A stretch of DNA of 16,949 bases from Oopsacas minuta (lineage: Eukaryota > Animalia > Porifera). The notes beneath the pieces were generated by a model, which searched no databases, was not told the DNA's origin, and saw nothing but the letters and a program-made list of their open reading frames with translations. The translations under genes were made by a program, and so were the position numbers. The stretch's first letter is position 1, and every line of letters starts with the position of its first letter. Below, one piece after another: positions 9,533-16,949 of this stretch. The DNA is taken from contig JAKMXF010000124.1 in assembly GCA_024704765.1 (NCBI GenBank), positions 1 to 16,949 of the forward strand, given 5' to 3'.

Positions 9533-10314
9533 CTAATCTTGACTTTGAAAGTAATGAGGCAATGAAGACAAATTAAAAGTAGGAAATGAAGGGGGCAATG
9601 TCTGAAAATGCAGCAGAGGAGGTATAGTTTGAGCCATCAGAAGAGAAAGTGTCTTTGATTGATCCGCTGCTGTATGTTGCAAAATCTGGATCACTCGATC
9701 GAATTTACTCTCAAGTCGATCTAGCTTAGAGTCAATGTTAGTCAAAATCTCCAATTTCTTATCTTCTTTCTCTAAAATTGCACGTTTGGTCGATTCCAAT
9801 TCGTCATTTTCCAAACGATGACGTTTTCTTGGGGCTTGTTGGAAAAACTTTATATGTTCAATATCTTCAGAGGGAACTGGGCTTATCAGCATCCTTTCAG
9901 TTTCATCATTTGCACACTGAGATTCAAGAAAGAGATCGATATCCGATTCAATGCCTTCAAAAGCTTCCTTCCCTTTGATGCTACTGATTTTAGCTTCTAT
10001 TTCATTTAAATCAGCATCTGCAGGACCTCCTCCAGTTTTTCTTGCTGATGCTAACTTATCTGCAATACGAGGCTTATGTTTTGTTAGTATATTATACCAT
10101 TTTTTCATGACATCATCTCTTGTTCTTACATTCCCATGTAATTCCGGCAGTCTCCCTGAAATTTCTTCCCAGATTTTGTTCTTATCATCGAAAGTCAGAG
10201 TTGATGTTAGAGCGCCGAACAATTTCTATTTTTGATCATGAATGAGATTCATGAGTGACATAATCTCCTCCTGAGTAAAATTCTCTGAACGAGTTTCGAT
10301 TTTTCAGTGGTCAT
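9533..10314 (-). pseudogene. Harbinger Myb/SANT-like DNA-binding protein gene with one frameshift and one nonsense codon
   Basis: Adding one A near 10294 gives MTTEKSK-TRSENFTQEEIMSLMNLIHDQK*KLFGALTSTLTFDDKNKIWEEIS...RTRDDVMKKWYNI...RKTGGGP from ATG 10314 (Myb_DNA-bind_5/PF13873-like). TAG is at 10226-10228, and a C-terminal coiled-coil-like segment follows. Confidence 0.88.
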
Positions 10315-10770
10315 AATGAGAGCGATTGTTAAGATATTATCATAATTAGTTAACATTTTATTATTATTTATACTTATCACTAAAGATGATAATATAAGTA
10401 AAAGGATAAAATTGCATAGATTGCGTATATTTTTGCAGGAGGTCACTCGCATGACATTGACTTTATTTACCTTAGTTAAGATATAACACTATTATGTTTC
10501 AAAATATATGAAATATAATTATATAAATACATTTATTGATGTCATAATACAATTCAGAGTGACGTCAAGAAATAGTATCTAAATATAGTTGGTATGTAAT
10601 TCGACTATAGTTCTATGCTGCGGGTATTACAACATGTAGATATGATAATCAAACATATTGTCTGAAGCGATAAACAATCTTGTTTGTAAATAAATGCGTA
10701 TTAATTATAATTTCATAGAAAAGTAGAATAAATTATAAGTTAAGTGTCCTCTTTACCTCACTAAATATTT

Positions 10771-10854
10771 TTCTTAGAATTATTCTAAGAATTTGACTTA
10801 AAGTTAAGCAAAATTCTAAGAATTTGATTTAAGAATTTTAGTCAATAAGGCCCC
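10771..10854. repeat. Subterminal motif array and putative right TIR of the Harbinger
   Basis: Palindrome TTCTTAGAAT-T-ATTCTAAGAA at 10771-10791; ATTCTAAGAATTTGA at 10782 and 10813; TAAGAATTT three times; ends GGCCCC. Confidence 0.7.
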
Positions 10855-10947
10855 TGGTATGGTAGGTGTGACGAACAGGTTATAGAAAAGACTTGCGAAG
10901 GTCTCAGGAAGGTTTTAGCTTCTGAGCACGGAATGCAAGGGAAGCAC

Positions 10948-11184
10948 ACAGCTCTAGTGCTTTACCTAGTCCTACCGCCACCACCTGTGAAGCGGAGCGG
11001 TCGTTCAGTATGCTTCGAAGACTGCTCACCTACATACGCTCCACGCAGGGCCAACAGAGACTCAGTGGCCTGGTCATTCTAAACTGACACAGATGTACGT
11101 GAGGTGCTACCAAAGATGATGGAAGATTTCATTGAGAGGACGACTGTAAGGAGGAACATGGTCTTTGATGTGGAGAACTACTGA
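10948..11184 (+). pseudogene. hAT transposase dimerization-domain relic (a second hAT family)
   Basis: With one frameshift near 10975 it reads TALVLYLVLP-ATTCEAERSFSMLRRLLTYIRSTQGQQRLSGLVILN*, the hAT C-terminal motif (PF05699-like). Not in the ORF track. Confidence 0.82.
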
Positions 11185-11413
11185 ACTAAATTTTGATTTT
11201 TGTTAAGGAGTCTTGCCGCGAAATTTTGGTCATTTTTAGCCAAATTTGTTTTATTGAGTTTATTGTATAGAAACATACTCTCACATGTATTGTTATCATT
11301 CCTACATTGAAATTTTTCAAACCGAGTATTCTAGTGTGAGTTATGTAGCAATTTATGACGTCATCTTCCTCCATAAATAGCCATTTTTTCAAATATTTGT
11401 ACCCAAGTTATTA

Positions 11414-11836
11414 TTAACTTATGCGTTTACTCTTTTGTGTAAAATAACGCAGGATCAGATTCATCATTTCCTGCGGGCTTTAAAAAAAGCCAGCTCGCTA
11501 CAAAGCCTCCCAGAACTTGCGTTGGTAACTATCCCGACGGAAAGTTTCCAACGCATGCGCATCAGATTGGCATTGAGCGGAAAAATTCCACCTATCCAAT
11601 ACCCACTGGATGCGCAGATCATCGGCCTTGACCCTCTTTGCACGTGGACAGGGCCGCATGGAACGTCGCGATCGTCGCCCCCTTGCAAAACGTTTCCATT
11701 TTGCAAAGAGACGAGCGACCTGCTCACGTCTATGTTTCTCCCTTTCCACGTCTCCGAGAATCTTGATCAAGACCTCCCGGTTCTGGTGGTGCTGAGCGAT
11801 TGAAATAAAATGTTTAAGTTCCTTGGTTTGTGACAT
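11414..11836 (-). other. Orphan intronless ORF (112 aa; 140 codons if two in-frame stops are read through), unknown product
   Basis: ATG at 11836. After the TAG at 11498-11500 the frame continues RAGFF*SPQEMMNLILRYFTQKSKRIS*. Local GC is ~50-60% against AT-rich flanks. I recognise no domain. Confidence 0.4.
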
Positions 11837-11868
11837 TTGTTCGTTATGCTATTGCTATATACAATGCA

Positions 11869-11875
11869 TTTTATA
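11869..11875 (-). promoter_or_regulatory. Candidate TATA box (TATAAAA) upstream of the orphan ORF
   Basis: TATAAAA on the minus strand ends 33 bp upstream of ATG 11836. The context is AT-rich, so this could be chance. Confidence 0.3.
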
Positions 11876-12415
11876 TGATACTTTCTTAGAGAATATGCAT
11901 AACAGAGTATGTGCATACTCGTATATCCGTAATTTCTACTACTTGGGTGGTATAAACACCATGTTATAGCTTTACCTAGATACAATAGTGAATGTATTTT
12001 TAGCTCTAATAATATCTTTTACACTTACCATACTTAGTCTTATACATTATTTATTTGCTCCTTTTGACCTTTCTATCAGAGATGTACAGAACTGGACAGT
12101 GGGCTCACCTTAGTTTTTTCATCTGCTTTAGTTGTTCAACTTGATATATTCTCTAAAGTACACAATTTGATCGACAGAACACTAATCGCATTTACATTCT
12201 TTCCCGCATTACTGACTTTGTTCGGATATAGACTTTTGTATATCAATTGGTTGATCACTTGATAATCTCCATGCTGTATCCCCGTCTTGAGTTTATTCTT
12301 TTCACTACTCACTTCAAATCTAACAACTCTATTTTCATATTTTAGCATATTACTATCATGGCTACACTATTTCTGATATTTCCTTCTCTTCTGATTCTGA
12401 AACTACCAACAAGTT

Positions 12416-13605
12416 ATGGGAGCATGGGACGACAATTCTCAATCTAACAACACATCCAGCTCATCCATTGATATCCAACTTTCAGCTCTGTCTTTTCATT
12501 CTCCAGGTTCTTCCCAACAATTGACACCAGACATAGCGTCTCCTATGACATCATTGAACCTCTCTTCCCAGGAATCCGAATTTTTCTTCCCCCCAGTCTC
12601 GAGCACTCCTATCCCACTGCGAAAAGGAGGACGACCTACGAAAGGCTCAAAGTTTCGGAGAAATCAATATACAAGATCAATTCGCGAAACTGACGATATT
12701 TCCTCACACGATGACTCAATTTTCTCCTCACCGACTAGAACCTCTGTGAAACGTGTGAAGACTGCCATTCTTCGCCGTGGCTATACATCACGAATATTCG
12801 CTCCTATCCATCAATCGAAACGTTATGTAACTTTCGAATGTAACAACACCACAAAACATATAAAAGCTTCTAAACCATCTGGAATGAGGATACTTGATAT
12901 CAGCATAATTGCAGAAGCCATGACGAAGATAGCATGCAGTCAATGTCACACTGGATACTTATCATTATACAAATCTGATTTTCTGCATGGATGGCAAACA
13001 GATTTCTACCTAAAATGCTCTCATTGTAACCACCAATTCGCCGATTTCCCTTCATCTAAACCTATGGAAGTTCCTGAAAGAACAAACTTCGTAAATGTTC
13101 TGCTTCCAAAACGGGACCAAATGAAGTAACATTGCGCTCTATCCTAGCTGTACACTGTTCAGGACTTTTATGGAGAGATCTTCACAAATTCTTAACCATC
13201 TTCGATATGCCATCACCTCTCGAGCATATGCCTTTAGGCTACCTCAATAAGATCGAGGACATTGTGAATATATCCGCTGAACAATCCTGTGCAAGGGGCT
13301 GCTGACAAACTACACCTGAGAGTCGATTCTATACCTTCACCTATCCCTAACTGCATCAACACCGCAGTTAATTTCGATAGTCCTTGCAAGACACGAGTTT
13401 CTACTCTAACGTTGGATTTGGTTCCGCTATCTCAGCCAACACGAAAAAGATTTTGGATTACGTTCTTCTCAATCGAACATGTGATAAATGCAAACAATGG
13501 TCAGCTGATCGCCAGAACGAAAACCCAGAAGAATACCAAAAGTGGTGCGACATCCATAAACCGAATTGTATGAAAAACTATAGCGGATCTAGTCAATCCA
13601 TCTAG
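12416..13605 (+). pseudogene. 3'-truncated Mutator-like (PF20700-type, possibly Kolobok-related) transposase
   Basis: S/P-rich N-terminus with an AT-hook-like RKGGRPTK and GMRILDI...CSQC...LKCSHC. Across three frameshifts (~13123, ~13289, ~13408) it continues NEVTLRS..., AVNFDSPCKTR(G)FYSNVG, KKILDY...RTCDKC...W...H..NC.KNYSGSSQS. It stops before the remaining catalytic residues. Confidence 0.8.
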
Positions 13606-13607
13606 CT

Positions 13608-13628
13608 AGCAGCAGCAGCAGCAGCAGC
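13608..13628. repeat. (AGC)7 microsatellite
   Basis: Seven perfect AGC units immediately after the truncation point of the transposase. Confidence 0.95.
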
Positions 13629-13881
13629 AAGAACTTGGATTACAATAACTGGGATCTTATTTGGAATCTCAGGAGCAATAGAAATTACTCTGTTCACCTC
13701 TACTTCGCAAAGTACTACTAACTCTCACTACCAGTGGCTTGGGTATATTTTCTTACTCTAAATAGTGGGGTACTAGTGTTTATATCGTTTGTCAGAAAAT
13801 ATTTATATTTGACAAACCAAAGAATTGTTGGCGTAATCATCCTATTTGGGTTACCACATGGAGTTATTTGACTGGCTCAAT

Positions 13882-13940
13882 CAGGGGCCGTCGAGAGCGC
13901 GAGTGGGTCCTGGGTCATAATTTTGGGTGCGGGCCCCCTC
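13882..13940 (+). mobile_element. Possible orphan left end of a hAT-like MITE
   Basis: GC-rich CAGGGGCCGTCGAGAGC...GGGCCCCC, resembling hAT CAGGG termini with GGGCCC subterminal motifs. No partner end. Confidence 0.35.
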
Positions 13941-14010
13941 TGATATTTTGTTCCGTTATCGTGAAGTGAATAAACAAAACGCAAACTATCGCATTCGTAT
14001 TATATATTTA

Positions 14011-14092
14011 CAGTGGAACCCCGCTTAACGGCAACCCCAGAATAACGGACACCTCGATATACCGGCCACTTTTTAAAGTCCCGTTTAATATA
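14011..14092 (+). mobile_element. Orphan left end of a pogo/Tigger-like MITE, interrupted by the hAT
   Basis: TA + CAGTGGAACCCCGCTTAACGG...ACGGACACCTCGATATACCGGCCACTTTT...GTCCC. No right half appears after 16429. Confidence 0.55.
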
Positions 14093-14100
14093 CTATAGAC

Positions 14101-16429
14101 CAGGCTTGTCCAACCTTTTTTGTTCGCGGGCCAAATGAGGGCTTCTTTATCTACTTGAGGGCCGCACGACATTGGATATATCAAGGTAGCATGATGTTAT
14201 TTATTTGGGGATGGCGTTAATACGGATTATTTCAGAATTGAAAAATCACTACATGTATTATTTAATTATAGTAAACTTTAATGATAAAGAACATATCTAA
14301 TGGGATATCTGACTTTGTTTTTGTTTACACAAAGAGTCAATATCTGCTCGTACACTTGATGTCGCAATCCGTAATATTCCTGATAGATGAGTGTCTGTCA
14401 GGAGTGATCTAGACTTGCTTTTAACATTTTTCATCATTGAGAAAAGCTGTTAACAGCAATACGTGCTGCCAAATAAGGAAAGGAACCTAAGGGCGTGTTG
14501 CGATAAATTAGGAAATAGATCCGATGTAACATATTGACCATAAAATATCAGAAGGTCATGCTCTGCAAAAGCTCTCTTTCTCTCCGAGTTATTTTGTATT
14601 TCAATTAGTTCCAGTTGGAACATTTCAGGAGCATTAGTGGCATCAGTTCCAAACGGATCTGTAAACAACTCCATTTCATCGAATTTGTCACTAAAATCAG
14701 AAAATCTTAGTTTAAATTCATCGATTAAGCTGTTGATCAGTGCAGAATACTTATCATGATTTACTGTCTCACTTTTTCTTGAAGATAATGTTGAGAAATG
14801 TACCACCTTTTTCAAAATAAATTGTTGGTGGAATAATTGTAATTTGTTGATGAACGCTTTGACATGCTCATACAGGTTGTTAACGAATTGTTTTCTTCCT
14901 TGTAGTTTCAGATTTAAATCTGCGAGATACTTAGTTATGTCAACTAGAAATGCGAGATCATTCAACCACTGATCATCATCCAGAAAGCTCACATCCTTTC
15001 CCTTCATGGTCATGAATGCTTTTATTTCTTCAAGTAGTGACCAGTATCTGGCTAGAGTGGACGCTCTGCTGAGCCAGCGAACTTGGCTAAAGTAAATAAC
15101 ATCGTTATAGTCTGAACCTATCTCTGCAAGAAACGCTTGGAATTGTCTGTGATTGAGTCCCTTCGACCTTATGAAATTGACTGTATTGACGACATTTTCC
15201 ATCACATGTTTCATATCTAAGGTTTTTGCACAAAGTTGTTCTTGATGAATAATGCAGTGGTATGCCATAACAGGAGAGGTCATTAATTTGAGCATAAGGC
15301 TAACAAAGCCTTTATGCTTTCCTGTCATCGCAGGGGCTCCATCGGTTGTTAAATCACTTAGTTTTTCATCTGCAAGTTTGAATTTCGTAAACACATGTTT
15401 TACTACATTGAAAATATCTTGCCCAGTAGTTGTGCCTTTCATTGGACATAAGTCGAGCAGTTCTTCGATTATTTCGAAATTTTCTGTGACACCACGTACA
15501 AAGATTGCCAGTTGAGCTGTGTCGCTAACATCGGTACTTTCATCAAGGGCCAAGCTGTAAAATTTGCAAGCATTGAGTCGTTTAATTAGTGAAATTTCAA
15601 TGTTGGATGATAAATCATCTACTCTTCTAGCAACAGTTTGATGTGACAGACTGATGCTCTCTACTATCGACTTCTTATTTGGGCATGCCACAGATGTAAA
15701 TATGTCTAAGCAGTCTTTTATAAATTCCCCTTCAGACAATGGTTTTCCACTCTTGGCTATCGCTTCTGTTATCAGAAAGCTGATCTTTGTTGCTGTCTCA
15801 GAACTTAATTTAACGGCTTTGAAGAAAGATTGTTGACTGTTGATGCTATCCTTCAACAGGTTCACCCGATCGATTCTCACCTGACCTGTAAGCGTGTCAA
15901 ATGTATCTGCATGTTTAGTAGAGGAATGTCGTTTGATATTATACTCTTTGAATACAGCTATCTTCTCCTGACATATCAAGCACAATAAGTATTCGTTGTG
16001 TTCTACGACGAAAAAATCTAATGTCCATGAGGATTTGAAAACTCGACATTCACTATCAATTTTCCTTTTCTTTGCTTTAATCACGCGAGTTGACATATTT
16101 GTTTTGTAGTTATTTTAATATTGTTTAAGATGGTTTATTATTTGGAATTTATATGAGCTGTTCGAGTTGAGAGAAACCCAGTTATGTGACAGATGATTAC
16201 TCAATCAAAACTAAATTAAAAAGTTATTTAAGGATTTTTAAGTTATTGAAATCACACTTTTCTGAAATTGGTTTCATTCAATTTGGTTTTGCAATATTGG
16301 GTTTCTCTTAATTGAGTTCGCTCAAATAGGTTTCACTCAATTAAATATCGCCACCAACTGGTAACAGTTCTCGAGCATGTTGGCGGGCCGGATAGAATCC
16401 TCTCGCGGGCCGTAGGTTGGACAAGCCTG
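14101..16429 (-). mobile_element. Full-length hAT element of the Buster/Charlie/SPIN group, 2329 bp
   Basis: Perfect 16-bp TIRs CAGGCTTGTCCAACCT with GCGGGCC subterminal motifs at both ends. The flanking 8-mers CTATAGAC and GTCTACGT each have a central TA but are not identical. Confidence 0.95.
14297..16096 (-). pseudogene. GTF2IRD2/EPM2AIP1-like hAT transposase (599 aa if read through), nonsense codon at the catalytic Glu
   Basis: BED-type finger (CLIC...HSSTKH), ALDESTD, TTDGAPAM, HCIIH and RWLS. FGSTYCC*QLFSMMK...ISH* continues in frame through TAA 14450-14452 to TAG 14297-14299. Confidence 0.95.
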
Positions 16430-16743
16430 GTCTACGTGATTTCAAGAGACATATTGATTGTCATGTTTGCAAACAACCGCTTGCTGCTTATAGAGGAAGA
16501 GAAAGCCCTGTTAATATATATGACAAGTTCTTTCACCCACAATGCTATCGCTGTACTTCATGCAGTACACAAAATCAGAAATTATCATTTGACGGAAGAT
16601 GGCTACTTTGTATTCACTGTACACAAGCCAGACGTCAACAAACTATAAACCAAGGGTCACACTCGTCACTCTTCTTTAATGCATTTCTCGAATGCTTCAA
16701 CACTACAACACTCATCTCTCAATTTCTAAACTGCAAATTTTAA
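16430..16743 (+). CDS. 5'-truncated LIM-domain reading frame (LIM at 16459-16620)
   Basis: CHVC-x21-H-x2-C-x2-C-x2-C-x15-C-x2-C has all eight LIM ligands, with HPQCYRCTSC and DGRWLLC context. The second spacer is one residue shorter than the usual 16-21. The first codons in the ORF track (TTG DKP) come from the hAT TIR. Confidence 0.7.
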
Positions 16744-16949
16744 TTTTTATAAAAGTATTGAATTTATTATAATTTATTATTCTATTATTAGAATGGAATT
16801 AAATCGCTTTTGAATTGCAAATAATGTTCAGCATACGATATAACCGATGAAAAAATATGTTACGGTTTGGGGCCATATTGTAGAATTCGGGACACTCGAT
16901 ATACATAGATATTTCGAATTTTGAATTTATATATCTGAGTTGGATATAA

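Larger units (their letters stand above)
8404..10854 (+). mobile_element. PIF/Harbinger element (transposase plus convergent Myb/SANT gene); left end not found
   Basis: The two-gene tail-to-tail layout is typical of Harbinger. A candidate right end with subterminal repeats finishes ...GTCAATAAGGCCCC, and unrelated hAT sequence follows. Confidence 0.85.

Noticed and set aside
9778-10235. Plus-strand ORFs of 63-94 aa
   Set aside because: Antisense shadows of the Myb/SANT gene.
10849-13889. GGCCCCTG (10849) and CAGGGGCC (13882) as one TIR pair
   Set aside because: They face outward and cannot enclose the intervening DNA as a single element.
15252-15836. Plus-strand ORFs of 87 and 60 aa
   Set aside because: Antisense to the hAT transposase.

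Overview
AT-rich eukaryotic (probably invertebrate animal) non-genic DNA made largely of nested and truncated class II DNA transposons. I saw no retroelement, rRNA, tRNA or CRISPR array. From left to right: a 27-bp tandem repeat with alternating variants; a 730-bp fold-back element with ~275-bp arms; a ~2-kb MULE-like TIR element with a dead FLYWCH finger that folds back into a perfect 77-bp hairpin; a decayed hAT transposase; a CXC tail typical of Ginger2/KRBA2-like integrases; a complete 1340-bp Tc1/mariner element whose reconstructed triad is DD37E; a PIF/Harbinger element with an intact transposase and a disabled convergent Myb/SANT gene; a second hAT relic; a GC-rich orphan ORF; a 3'-truncated Mutator-like (possibly Kolobok-type) transposase; a stack of orphan transposon left ends; a full-length Buster/GTF2IRD2-type hAT whose one visible lesion is a stop at the catalytic Glu; and a LIM-domain reading frame abutting that hAT, whose flanking 8-mers do not match. 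About 5.8-8.3 kb is unexplained AT-rich sequence. I found no clearly new biological system. The best leads are the fold-back with twin internal hairpins, the hAT/LIM junction and the orphan ORF. All family assignments come from motif recognition by eye; no database search was run.
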